A stretch of DNA of 64,000 nt, from NCBI GenBank assembly GCA_964442455.1, contig CAYTZB010000002.1, positions 11,159 through 75,158 on the forward strand. The letters run 5' to 3'. The DNA is from an uncultured Gammaproteobacteria bacterium. Lineage in GTDB: Bacteria > Patescibacteriota > Microgenomatia > UBA8517 > JACQJR01. Each line of letters starts with the position of its first letter. Positions within the stretch are counted from its first letter, which is position 1. A program made the position numbers and the translations under genes. Of this stretch, positions 11,128 through 20,812 are shown in pieces. The notes beneath the pieces were generated by a model that had not been told where the DNA came from, made no database searches, and saw only the letters and a list, made by a program, of their open reading frames with translations.

Positions 11128-11248
11128 AACTCTTGTATAGTATAGCAAACACCTTTTAAAAATATTAATAAACCACGAATATACAACCGATAACTGTCCA
11201 TCTACTGCTTGACTTACCTCTTTACCCCGTGTTAAAAATCATCAAAAC

Positions 11249-11614
11249 ATGAGTGCACGACAACCTGAAAGCTTACCACATACTGATACGGCAAATAAAC
11301 TTAGAGAGCTCTCACAATTAAGTGAGGAATTACGTCAATTTGAGAAAGATCTTGGGATCACATGGATGCCAAAAGATACGCCTTCGATGAGTACAAGGCT
11401 TAAACAAATTATCGATAAAGTAGAAGAGAAAGCCCTAGAACAAGGGATGTTAGAAATAGAACCAGGATTTGCTTCAATGTTTTTAGATGCAGTAGTCCAG
11501 GGACTCACAGGAATTCCGTTTAATCAACTCGCTCGAGAAGAACAGCGAAGAGTAATACAAGAGCTTCTCCGCTATGATATTGATCCACGGCAAGATCCCA
11601 GAGAACCTCTTTGA
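11249..11614 (+). CDS. hypothetical protein (orphan)
   Basis: 121-aa ORF with an upstream TTGACT..TAAAAA-like promoter. Confidence 0.6.
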   Translation: MSARQPESLPHTDTANKLRELSQLSEELRQFEKDLGITWMPKDTPSMSTRLKQIIDKVEEKALEQGMLEIEPGFASMFLDAVVQGLTGIPFNQLAREEQRRVIQELLRYDIDPRQDPREPL

Positions 11615-11715
11615 GCAATTTTACGGGGTCTGCACCCTAAATTATCGAGATTCGAGGTGGTTTGGGGCTTGACAAACTTCTAAAACTTTTTATGATTGTT
11701 CAAGAGTTCCATTAC

Positions 11716-12354
11716 ATGAATCCTAATCTTGCTCAACAAGCGATACGGGCAGCGGTTGAAGGCAATTGGCAACACGCCGCTCAACTGAACCGTACCATTC
11801 TTCAAGAAAATCCTGCCGATATTGAGGCAATGCTAAGGCTTGCCCATTCCCTCACCCAACTAGGAAAAACAAAAGAAGCTGCGAGCCTCTACGAAAAAGT
11901 GTTAAAACTTGACCGCTACAATACGTTTGCTCAGCGGGCGCTTCTCAAATTAAAGAAAATGAAAAGAGGGAAAAAGCGGGTAACTCCTGAACTCCATGGT
12001 CTTGAAACTATGTTCCTCGAAGAACCGGGTAAAACCAAAACTGTGGGATTGGTTCATACTGCACCTCCAGCAGTGCTCGCACACCTTGATACAGGACAGC
12101 GGGTACTTCTTGTTCCTCGACGACACCGTATTTCAGTCACTACCGAAGAAGGGGTATATGTAGGCCGGCTTCCTGACGACTTATCGGTGCGACTCCTTGG
12201 GTTTATTTCAGGAGGTAATAAATATGAGGCGGTGGCAAAGGGGGTCAATACCACCGAAGTCAAGGTTTTCATCCAGGAAACCTATCGATGCCCTAAATTT
12301 GAAAAAACTCCTTCTTTTTTCCATGAAGCAAATACCGCAGGGGAGCAGTTGTAA
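11716..12354 (+). CDS. TPR-repeat protein with C-terminal beta domain
   Basis: TPR pattern AMLRLAHSLTQLGKTKEAASLYEKVLKLD; TTGACA(11669)-16bp-TATGAT promoter. Confidence 0.8.
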   Translation: MNPNLAQQAIRAAVEGNWQHAAQLNRTILQENPADIEAMLRLAHSLTQLGKTKEAASLYEKVLKLDRYNTFAQRALLKLKKMKRGKKRVTPELHGLETMFLEEPGKTKTVGLVHTAPPAVLAHLDTGQRVLLVPRRHRISVTTEEGVYVGRLPDDLSVRLLGFISGGNKYEAVAKGVNTTEVKVFIQETYRCPKFEKTPSFFHEANTAGEQL

Positions 12355-12367
12355 AGCAGAGAAGTCT

Positions 12368-13369
12368 TTACGGAGCGGGCAGGGAACGAGCAAGCCCCTC
12401 ATTGACAACCAGCTCGACCGGTGCAGATGAGGCACCCTCCGTAATAATGCACCCAAGAAGTTCCTTGAGCCGCTTTACTGTCAAGGTTCCTTCTGTCTCT
12501 TGCCGCGTCCGAAGTGTACAGTGTTCCCCACCCCCGCTTCCCGCTCGCACCCATACGACACGCGCGCCCATCCCCTCCAAAACTCCAGCAATTTGCCCCC
12601 CTGCACCTGCTTTATCGGTTGCATTAACTACTCCTACCCCAATCCGCTCTTGTGCAACCAGCGCATCCTGAAATTCACGAAGCATCACTTCTCGTACTCT
12701 CTCCTTGTCGAGGATAAACCCCATGCTTCCATCGGCACGTCGAACACTCTGCACGATGCGCCGCTCCTGTGTGTTTATCACCCGACGATGCGATGTATCC
12801 ATACCCCCAAGCACTCTAGCAATCCTTACTTTGTCGAAGAATGTAAAGTTGGTGGGAAGACCAATAGAAGAAACTGCGGCAAAAAGCGCCCTCACGCCCG
12901 ATAAGGGATGCGCACCACCCGTAATTTCCTCCTCCTCTCCATAACCAAGAAGCGTTATCCCTTTTCCCTCAATCCATCCATCCACAGGAACCTGAAGCTG
13001 ATATTGTAAACTCTTTGCAAGAAGCGTTCCTCCCACTTTGCGCTGTTTCCCCAACTCGAAAAGTGAGGCAATCTGCCATTCCCCTGCCCCCGAGCTTGCT
13101 TCAATTTCTAACGTTCCAGGAAATGAAATAAGAACCAACTCTCCCGCTTGTGCTTGATAGGAAGCCAGCACTGGAGGGTCAGTGGCAACGACAAAAGTGA
13201 GCCGCTCTTCTCCTTTCCATAATCGGGTATTCCATAACGAAGTGGCCTTCACCATACTCCCCGTAACCAAAATCACAAAAGCAGCGACAAGAAATAGGGT
13301 GAGTAGTTTTGAGGACGAAAACTTCTGTACTTTTCTTCGACTGTTGGGACGACCGCTTCGGGCAGGCAT
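12368..13369 (-). CDS. LytR C-terminal domain-containing membrane-anchored protein
   Basis: N-terminal TM; VGVVNATDKAGAG LytR_C-like motif. Confidence 0.65.
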   Translation of the reverse strand: MPARSGRPNSRRKVQKFSSSKLLTLFLVAAFVILVTGSMVKATSLWNTRLWKGEERLTFVVATDPPVLASYQAQAGELVLISFPGTLEIEASSGAGEWQIASLFELGKQRKVGGTLLAKSLQYQLQVPVDGWIEGKGITLLGYGEEEEITGGAHPLSGVRALFAAVSSIGLPTNFTFFDKVRIARVLGGMDTSHRRVINTQERRIVQSVRRADGSMGFILDKERVREVMLREFQDALVAQERIGVGVVNATDKAGAGGQIAGVLEGMGARVVWVRAGSGGGEHCTLRTRQETEGTLTVKRLKELLGCIITEGASSAPVELVVNEGLARSLPAP

Positions 13370-13397
13370 AGATTAGGAAATTTCTAATTTTTAAATT

Positions 13398-15116
13398 TTA
13401 GGTTAATTTGGATATTTTTGTGTGTTCTGCTTTGATTGTTTTGAGTTTTGCTGCGACCTCTTCCCTATTTAATCCAAATGCTTGGAAAATACGATGCGCA
13501 ACAGAAAGCGCTGCTTCAAATTCCGGCTGAATAACCTCGCTAATACCCAAATTCATAAGTCGAGTTCTATCTTCATCCCGCTGCACACGCGAGATAATCT
13601 GTACTTTACTGCTCAGCTGTTTTGCATGCCCAATCACCAACTCTTGCGTATGTCGGTCGGGTATCGCGATAACCAAAAGACGTGCTTTATCAACTTCTGC
13701 AGCGGCGAGCACTTCCTTATCTCCCGGGTCACCATACACAAACGGAATGCCACGCTCGCTCAATTCTTTTAAAATTTCGTGATTATATTCAACAACTACA
13801 AACGGAATCTGTGCAAGTTGGCACGCTCTCCCAAGCCATGAGCCAAGACGGCCAAACCCGCACAGTACCACATGGTCCGAAATCTCTTCCTGTGCTCCGC
13901 CGGCTGGCTGATGTGCGCGACGGTCCATTCCAACAACACTAGAGAGTACTGGTAGCCGCAAGATAGGTCGGGTTCGCTCCCAAAACACGTGACGAGCAGC
14001 AAATAACAGCGGCGTGGCAAGAAGCGTAACCAGTGCTACTGAGACCGCAATTCCAATCTCCCTCTCGCTCAAAAGCCCTAACTCACCACCGAGGGCCGCA
14101 AGTAAGAATGAAAACTCTCCAATGTTTGCCAGTCCCAGGGCCGTCCAAAATGCCGTTTTCGCGTGATACCCAAACAAAAGAGTCACCAAAAGTGATATAA
14201 GGAACTTAAGTCCCAAGAAAAGGAACGCAAGGGTTAAAATCAGTTGCCAAGAATTAAGAAGAAATGAAGGGGAAAGGAGTGCCCCAAGTGACACAAAGAA
14301 CAAAATCATAAAAATCTCGCGCAAGGGTCGGACTTCCGCAAATACTGCGTGATTCTGTGATGTCTCGGACACAATAAGTCCTGCAAGAAATGCACCTAGA
14401 GCCGGCGAAATGCCCAAAATTTGTGAAAGAAAGGCAACGCCAAAAATAAATGTTACTACTGCCAAAAGGAAGAACTCCCGCGAGTTAGCCCTGACGACCA
14501 AGTTCATAAATTGAGGAACTGCAAATCGACCCGCAACGACCGCTCCCACCACAAGAAGTACAGCCCGGGAAGCTGCTTCTCCCATATCCAGCAGCCCTCC
14601 ATCCTTCCCCACGAGCGTTGGTAAAAGCACCACCATCGGAACAACCGCCAAGTCCTGCACCAACAACCACCCGGTTAAGATTTCGCCATGCAGCGTATCG
14701 AGTTCCGCCCGCTCTTGGAGAAGTTTAACAACCACTGCGGTTGAGGAAAGAGAAAAGCCGAACGCAAGGATAAGCGACGCGGCATGGCTTAAGCCGAATG
14801 AAGGTAAAATGACCAAACCCGCCACGACAGTCGTCAAGATTTGGATTATTCCCCCAGCGACCGCCACTCGAAATACACGAGTAAGCTGGGTAAAGGAAAG
14901 TTCAATGCCGACTGTAAATAACAGGAAAATGATACCGAGTTGTGCTAACGCGAATACACTTCCTCCCGCATGCAACACTCCCGAAAGAGCGGCAAATATG
15001 ACTCCAGAGATAATATATCCGGTCAAAAGTGGAAGGCGAAAAAGAATAGACGTCGCGCCGCCAAGGAGGGCTGCGGCGAGCACGAATCCTAAATCACGGA
15101 AAAGGGCAGATTCCAT
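13398..15116 (-). CDS. CPA2 cation:proton antiporter with TrkA-N domain (Kef-like)
   Basis: LSSTAVVVKLL, LLVQD, GEFSF, HVVLCGFGRLG, YGD. Confidence 0.9.
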   Translation of the reverse strand: MESALFRDLGFVLAAALLGGATSILFRLPLLTGYIISGVIFAALSGVLHAGGSVFALAQLGIIFLLFTVGIELSFTQLTRVFRVAVAGGIIQILTTVVAGLVILPSFGLSHAASLILAFGFSLSSTAVVVKLLQERAELDTLHGEILTGWLLVQDLAVVPMVVLLPTLVGKDGGLLDMGEAASRAVLLVVGAVVAGRFAVPQFMNLVVRANSREFFLLAVVTFIFGVAFLSQILGISPALGAFLAGLIVSETSQNHAVFAEVRPLREIFMILFFVSLGALLSPSFLLNSWQLILTLAFLFLGLKFLISLLVTLLFGYHAKTAFWTALGLANIGEFSFLLAALGGELGLLSEREIGIAVSVALVTLLATPLLFAARHVFWERTRPILRLPVLSSVVGMDRRAHQPAGGAQEEISDHVVLCGFGRLGSWLGRACQLAQIPFVVVEYNHEILKELSERGIPFVYGDPGDKEVLAAAEVDKARLLVIAIPDRHTQELVIGHAKQLSSKVQIISRVQRDEDRTRLMNLGISEVIQPEFEAALSVAHRIFQAFGLNREEVAAKLKTIKAEHTKISKLT

Positions 15117-15124
15117 CTCCCTTA

Positions 15125-15937
15125 TTATGAAGTACGTGTACGAAGATATGCAAGCACATCCCGAAGCTCTTCTGGAGACTCGCTGGTGATAGTTACTCTC
15201 TTACCACTTATTGGGTGTGCGAACGTAATGCTTTGCGCATGCAAGAAAAGTCGAGGGCACCACTTTCTATCCTCCCTTGAGGTTTTGCGTCCCGCGTAAA
15301 ACTGATCTCCCACAATTGGATGACCAATTGATTTTAGGTGCACCCTCAGTTGGTGTGTTCTCCCTGTCTTTGGGTAAAGCTCCAAAAGAGAAAATTCTTC
15401 ACTTGAAATTGGAAACTGCTCGCCTCGCTGCGAAGCGGGGAAATTGGAAATTGTTTTATACTTCGTTTCCGCTTCCCTCCCGCCCGGCAATACTCCAAAC
15501 CTCTCTCTGTTCCATGGAAGCCTCCCAATAGGAACATTTATTACACCTTCCTCGGGCATTACTTTTCCATGAACTAAAGCGACATAGCTCTTTTGCACTC
15601 CCCGCTCTTTAAACTGCGCTTGTAAGTTCTCAAACGCTTCCGGCGTTTTTGCAACAAGAAGCACCCCACTCGTCTCTTTGTCTATTCGATGAACAATTCC
15701 GCTCCTTTTCACAAAGTCCGAAGGGGGTGACACGGGTGGAAGGGATCCCGACACGCGCGCAGGCGAACGCCGAGCACTGGCGGGAGGGATAACCCGGGGC
15801 AGGACCCCCGAGGACTCAACCCAATCCTGAAGCGTCTCCCCCTTTACCGACTCCGCCCTATTCACCACCATCCCAGCCGGTTTATCAACAACCAGAAGAT
15901 ATTTGTCTTCGTAGAGAATTCGCGGTTCCACGGACAC
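15125..15937 (-). CDS. RluA-family pseudouridine synthase with two in-frame insertions
   Basis: VDKPAG, HRIDKETSG, TGRTHQLRVH, LFLHA. Confidence 0.93.
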   Translation of the reverse strand: MSVEPRILYEDKYLLVVDKPAGMVVNRAESVKGETLQDWVESSGVLPRVIPPASARRSPARVSGSLPPVSPPSDFVKRSGIVHRIDKETSGVLLVAKTPEAFENLQAQFKERGVQKSYVALVHGKVMPEEGVINVPIGRLPWNRERFGVLPGGREAETKYKTISNFPASQRGEQFPISSEEFSLLELYPKTGRTHQLRVHLKSIGHPIVGDQFYAGRKTSREDRKWCPRLFLHAQSITFAHPISGKRVTITSESPEELRDVLAYLRTRTS

Positions 15938-16336
15938 TTACTTTTCTCTCTTCTTTTCGCAGGAGATACAAAGAGTCGCTTCGGGGTAAATCATAAGGCG
16001 ATCGGTATCAATCATTTGGCCACAATTTTCGCAAATTCCATATTTCCCAATCTTAATGCGTGCGAGAGCTTTCTTTGTTTGGACAATTTTCCTGTCAAGT
16101 TCCTGCTTCACAGCAGAAACACGCGCATGGCCAAATTGTACGGCCGCATCTGAATCAGGAGATGCGTTCTCTAGAAGTCGCTTTGTATCCTTAAATGGAT
16201 CTTGGGTTGACACTTCGTGCGCCCGCCGCTCCAAACGCGATAATTGCTGGGTTAAGAAGCTCCCTATGGGATGAAGCAGTTTTTGGGGAATCTGAATGAT
16301 GTTCTCTGTAGTTGTTCGAACAGCGCTTTTTTTCAT
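15938..16336 (-). CDS. TraR/DksA C4 zinc-finger protein
   Basis: GKYGICENCG...PEATLCISC. Confidence 0.9.
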   Translation of the reverse strand: MKKSAVRTTTENIIQIPQKLLHPIGSFLTQQLSRLERRAHEVSTQDPFKDTKRLLENASPDSDAAVQFGHARVSAVKQELDRKIVQTKKALARIKIGKYGICENCGQMIDTDRLMIYPEATLCISCEKKREK

Positions 16337-16995
16337 CGTGCAAATACCCTCCTTATTCTTGACGTATCCCCCTCTATTCTTCCGGACTGAAAATATACCA
16401 CAATACTACAGACGAGCGCAAGAGACACGCCTGTTGCGATAGTCACCCCTCTCGACATCAAGAATAGCATATGTGGGAAAAGCAGCGCAATAGCTGCCCG
16501 TATTGCAAGATAAAGAATAACGGCGACCAGTGACGCAAATCCCACTTTCCCAGAAGGGTACCACAAAAAACTGCGATAGTATTTCCGCAGCATCCAAAAA
16601 AAGCACAACGCCCCAACGAGCAGTAGCGGTTCGGTAAAAGAATACCAGTAGAACTTCCCCGCACTGCGAAGTATGTTCAGTGAAAAAAAGAAAAGAAAGA
16701 CAAAAAGAGAAGGGACAACTGCCTCGAATACCTCAACAGGGCGCATCGCTAGTCTCTTGCTTCGGAAAAGCGCGAAAAGAAACACAAGAAAGAGTGCACC
16801 CAAAAGATGGTCGCGTCCAAAAATCCATCCCATGAGAGAGAAACCTAGTATTCCCCCAAGCGCAATAAGGAGTCCGAGAGGAAAAATGCGGGCATCCTCA
16901 TAATCATCCTTCAATAGCTCCCAAAAGATGAAGAAGGAGAACAATGCACCAACCGTAAGAATGAGGAATGTCGCAAAATTTGATAAATTTGACAT
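16333..16995 (-). CDS. multi-pass membrane protein
   Basis: hydrophobic ORF; start at 16995 has an AGGA RBS and TGGTATAAT upstream. Confidence 0.7.
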   Translation of the reverse strand: MSNLSNFATFLILTVGALFSFFIFWELLKDDYEDARIFPLGLLIALGGILGFSLMGWIFGRDHLLGALFLVFLFALFRSKRLAMRPVEVFEAVVPSLFVFLFFFSLNILRSAGKFYWYSFTEPLLLVGALCFFWMLRKYYRSFLWYPSGKVGFASLVAVILYLAIRAAIALLFPHMLFLMSRGVTIATGVSLALVCSIVVYFQSGRIEGDTSRIRRVFAR

Positions 16996-17047
16996 TATGC
17001 TCCTACCCATTATACCATTGAAATAACTCACACGAGTCCTTTTTTGT

Positions 17048-17509
17048 ATGGTTGAATTGCCACACGTATTGGTAGGAGTTGCAATTGCCTCAAAAGTCGG
17101 AAATCCGGCTCTTTCTCTACCTCTCGCACTCGCCAGCCATTTCGTGATGGACCTCATCCCCCATTGGAATCCTCCTATTTACCGGGAAATTAAAAAACTC
17201 GGACGGCTAAAACCAAATACCACTACGTTTATTTTCTTGGACAGTTTCGCGGCGCTTCTTATTGGATCGTTTATTGCGCTTCAAAGTTTGCCTGACCTAT
17301 CTCGTGCAATGATTATTTTACTTGGAGGATTCTTTGCAGTGTTACCTGACTTGTTGGAAGCACCGTATTATCTTATGAACGTCACCCACCCGCTTATCAC
17401 TCGTCTTGTTGAATTTGAACACGCACTGCAAGCGCGCGCACCGCTCATTCCTGGAATACTCACCCAGGTAGCCGTCTGCGCCGCAGCCGTGTGGTGGATC
17501 TTCACTTAG
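17048..17509 (+). CDS. putative metal-dependent membrane hydrolase
   Basis: H, SHxxxD, PD motifs within TM segments. Confidence 0.65.
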   Translation: MVELPHVLVGVAIASKVGNPALSLPLALASHFVMDLIPHWNPPIYREIKKLGRLKPNTTTFIFLDSFAALLIGSFIALQSLPDLSRAMIILLGGFFAVLPDLLEAPYYLMNVTHPLITRLVEFEHALQARAPLIPGILTQVAVCAAAVWWIFT

Positions 17510-18077
17510 CTCGTTCGATGTACTCGCCTGTTCGTGTGTCGACACGTACGGCGTCTCCAACATTTATAAAAAGCGGTACTTTTATTTGAAGTCCACTCTC
17601 AAGTACAGCCGGTTTCCAGATATTTGTTGCGCTATTTCCCTTGACTCCGGGGCTGGTGTCGGTTACTTTAAGCGTTACTTTTGGAGGCAACTCTATAGTA
17701 AGGGGTACATCCACAGCATCGCCCGAGGACCAAAACAGTACATCCGCTTCTTGACCATCTTTTACGAAACGGATCTCACCTCCTGCAATTCTGCGCGGAA
17801 TTTCTACTTGCTCGAAACTTTGGGGATCCATAAATACGGCATTTTCCTCATCCTTATATAAATACTGAAGGCGTCGTTTAGTGGTTGGTGCTTCCTCTAC
17901 TCTTGTCCCTGAGTTAAATGTTTTTTCTTCAACTCTACCTGTTTTAAGATTGCGCACTTCCACCCTCACCGTTGCCCCACCCCGCCCAAGCTTGGTGTGG
18001 GTATATTTGACCACCACATAAGGAGTTCCTTCTATTTGAAAAGTAGTTCCTGCTCGTAAATCGGTAACGTCAATCAT
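17502..18077 (-). CDS. efp: elongation factor P
   Basis: QYLY, PGVKGNSA, KPAVLESG, VPLFI, VDTRTGEY. Confidence 0.95.
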   Translation of the reverse strand: MIDVTDLRAGTTFQIEGTPYVVVKYTHTKLGRGGATVRVEVRNLKTGRVEEKTFNSGTRVEEAPTTKRRLQYLYKDEENAVFMDPQSFEQVEIPRRIAGGEIRFVKDGQEADVLFWSSGDAVDVPLTIELPPKVTLKVTDTSPGVKGNSATNIWKPAVLESGLQIKVPLFINVGDAVRVDTRTGEYIERAK

Positions 18078-18213
18078 ATTTAAAATTCGAAATTCGAATA
18101 TCGAAATTCGAAACAATATTCAAAAACAAAAATTTCCAAAATTCAAAACTTTTATTATTTATTTTTTATAATTTTTAATTTGTTTCGTGCTTCGTGCTTA
18201 GAATTTCGTGCTT
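18078..18213. repeat. AT-rich heptamer-periodic element with inverted halves
   Basis: (AAATTCG)n-like left arm, (TTCGTGC)n-like right arm; CGAAACAA/TTGTTTCG inverted repeat. Confidence 0.75.
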
Positions 18214-18223
18214 CCGAGTTTTT

Positions 18224-19612
18224 TCAAAACTCGGTGCCGCTTGTAAAATTCCACCTTTTAATATGCAAAGCCGGCATGCGATTACTTCCGATTTCAAGTT
18301 CAAAACTAGAAAGCGGCACAGCAGTATTGGAAATTGCAGCAACACTGGACAACGCCTCCGGAATACTCTGATTAAAACGAAGATTTTTGACTCCACCAAC
18401 AATCTCTCCGTCCTTAATCAAAAACGTTCCATCTCGCGTCATACCGGTAATTGATAAATGCCTCGGATTCAAAACCCGCACATACCAAAACCGAGTTACA
18501 AGCAGTCCTTTTTTGACTCCCTTTATCATCTCTTCCATCCCCTTTTTACCCGGTTCTATTACTAAATGTAATGGCATCGGCCCACCTGTATTAGGTGCGG
18601 GCAACGCATGACCGGTATTAGGAGCGTCATGCTTCCCAGCATGGTAGGAGTCGTATACCAAATTTTTCAGCACTCCCTCTTTAATTATTTCGACTTTCCG
18701 CTTCGGAACTCCTTCAAAATCAAAAGGCATGGGAAATCCTTCCTCTGATATGGGATCGTCGTATATAGAAATGTTCTTACCTACCACCTTTTCGCCAAGA
18801 CGACCTGAAAAATAGCTTGCCTGCTCGTGATAAATTCGCGCATTTGGCCCAAGCCAAGCAAGAAATGCCATCATTTCATTCACTGCTTGAGGCTCAAGTA
18901 TGACATCCCACTCCCCGGGCTTAACTTCTAGCGGTTTCGTACCACGTTCAACTTTTTCTATTGCTTGTTGTGCAACATCCTCAGCGTTGATATCGGCAAC
19001 TTTTCTTCCTAATTGTGCACCAAATCCCGTTGAGTCTTTCCCAAGTAAAATTGTCGAAAGATCAGACGCAGAGCTCACATGATACGCCCATACACCATGA
19101 GAATTCGCCACTACTATCTCAGTTATCACGCTATCAAACGCGCCCGAAGCCGTAATCTTCTTTTCTCGTGCTTTTGTAATAATTGTTGACACCGCCGCTG
19201 CGCGCTCCTCTGGTGTTGCTTGGTGAACCCATTGTGCAACTTTTGGCAACTTTTGCGGCTTGGGTAAACTCTTAAAATGTGGATCTTCTCTTTGTAATTT
19301 TGCTAAACTTTCTGCTCGTCGCACAACATCACGAAGCGCAGAGGGCGCAAAACTATTTGTGGAGGCAACACCTATTCGTTTCCCAATCACCACACGCACA
19401 GAAATCCCTACATCTTCCCATGCAACATTTTGATGAATCTGAGAGTTCGCAAATCGGGTCAACCCATGATCCGTCACAAATAGCAAAACTTCTGTCTCAA
19501 GTTTACCTCTTCGAGCCTGAGCCTCAGAGCCGAAGGCCTGAGCTGGCCGAAGGGCACGCGATAAGCTCAAAACTTTCTTTGCAATTTCGTGTAATTTCTT
19601 TTCTCCAACCAT
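18224..19612 (-). CDS. tldE: TldE/PmbA family protein
   Basis: TRFANSQIHQN, PFDFEG, TGHA, TGMTRDG; close to tldD. Confidence 0.88.
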   Translation of the reverse strand: MVGEKKLHEIAKKVLSLSRALRPAQAFGSEAQARRGKLETEVLLFVTDHGLTRFANSQIHQNVAWEDVGISVRVVIGKRIGVASTNSFAPSALRDVVRRAESLAKLQREDPHFKSLPKPQKLPKVAQWVHQATPEERAAAVSTIITKAREKKITASGAFDSVITEIVVANSHGVWAYHVSSASDLSTILLGKDSTGFGAQLGRKVADINAEDVAQQAIEKVERGTKPLEVKPGEWDVILEPQAVNEMMAFLAWLGPNARIYHEQASYFSGRLGEKVVGKNISIYDDPISEEGFPMPFDFEGVPKRKVEIIKEGVLKNLVYDSYHAGKHDAPNTGHALPAPNTGGPMPLHLVIEPGKKGMEEMIKGVKKGLLVTRFWYVRVLNPRHLSITGMTRDGTFLIKDGEIVGGVKNLRFNQSIPEALSSVAAISNTAVPLSSFELEIGSNRMPALHIKRWNFTSGTEF

Positions 19613-19675
19613 ATTCTCACAATTATATCAAATTCTGGCAAAATTAAGCTTATTATGGTATAATCGGGCCATAAA

Positions 19676-20812
19676 ATGAGTACTGAAGCTTTAGGACCAT
19701 CAAAGCCCGAACAAGTCGGTAGGGAACAGCGCGCGTTACTCCCCCAGCAAAGACTACTGGAGGCAGTATTTAGTGAGCCACAACGACCAATTTCCCCTGA
19801 AAAGGGAGAAGAGCTGGCCGAGACTGTTTCTGAAGTTTTAACAAGTACACTCAGGCCACGAGAAGCTGAAGTAATTATCCGTAGATTTGGACTTGCAAGT
19901 GGCACACCAGAAACAATAGCTCAAATAGCTAATGACTTTCAAAGAACAAAAGGGCGCATACGACAAATAGAAGAACGCGCACTTCGTAGGCTACGTTCGC
20001 CAAACAATAGAGACAAATTAAAAGAATATGTTGTTTTGTCTGAAGGCCCTGTTGCCTTCTCAATTGCCGGGCTACAACTTACTTACAGTGATTTAAAAGC
20101 AGTTACCAATGCTCGTCTGGAGGAACTAGGACCAGCAATTCATCTTGCTCGGTATGTTGCCTCGAGGATGGATAGAGAATGGAAAGATGTCGGAGAGCTT
20201 TTGACAGAGAATAGAGAACCCTTTTTAAGGCATCTCTCTGCTGAACAATTAAAACATCTTGGAGATGAACTTCGAAAAGTTTATGAAAGAGCCCAAGCTG
20301 GTTTTTATAAGGAACAGGAAGTCGTCAATCGCTTTCTCCCTTATTTAGAAATAAAACCCGATGTACTTGCTTTAATAGCATCACGCCCCATTGAATCCCT
20401 TGATCTCCCGACAGACATAGGGGGTGATCTCAAGAGACATGGCATTAATACTATTGGTGAAGTTCTTAATAGACCTAAACTCGATTTCCTACGTAATAGC
20501 TGGATAGTGGAGGGGATGGAATGGAGGCTTAAAGCATACATCGAAGCAGTTGAATTCGAAATAAATCCTCCTCCAGAATCGGAGGCGTTTAAAACACTTG
20601 CTGGTATTTCTACGGTTTGGATTAATAAGATAGTGGGAACTCGAGTGAGTTATGCATTAGCTCGTGGAAATATCTATACAGTGGCGCAGGTGCTTAACAT
20701 GACTGAGAAAGAATTATTAAGGGTAAAAGGATTTGGCCAGAAATCTCTTAATGAACTGAAGGCTGCAATAATAAGACTTACCACTTCACAACCCCCACTT
20801 TCACCTTCCTAA
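19676..20812 (+). CDS. sigma70 region-4 HTH fused to RNA polymerase alpha-CTD-like repeats
   Basis: LRPREAEVIIRRFGL...RIRQIEERALRRLR; C-terminal ELLRVKGFGQKSLNEL. Confidence 0.75.
   Translation: MSTEALGPSKPEQVGREQRALLPQQRLLEAVFSEPQRPISPEKGEELAETVSEVLTSTLRPREAEVIIRRFGLASGTPETIAQIANDFQRTKGRIRQIEERALRRLRSPNNRDKLKEYVVLSEGPVAFSIAGLQLTYSDLKAVTNARLEELGPAIHLARYVASRMDREWKDVGELLTENREPFLRHLSAEQLKHLGDELRKVYERAQAGFYKEQEVVNRFLPYLEIKPDVLALIASRPIESLDLPTDIGGDLKRHGINTIGEVLNRPKLDFLRNSWIVEGMEWRLKAYIEAVEFEINPPPESEAFKTLAGISTVWINKIVGTRVSYALARGNIYTVAQVLNMTEKELLRVKGFGQKSLNELKAAIIRLTTSQPPLSPS

Noticed and set aside
16996-17157. N-terminal extension of ORF 16333-17157
   Set aside because: It overlaps the divergent gene; the RBS and -10 box support a start at 16995.
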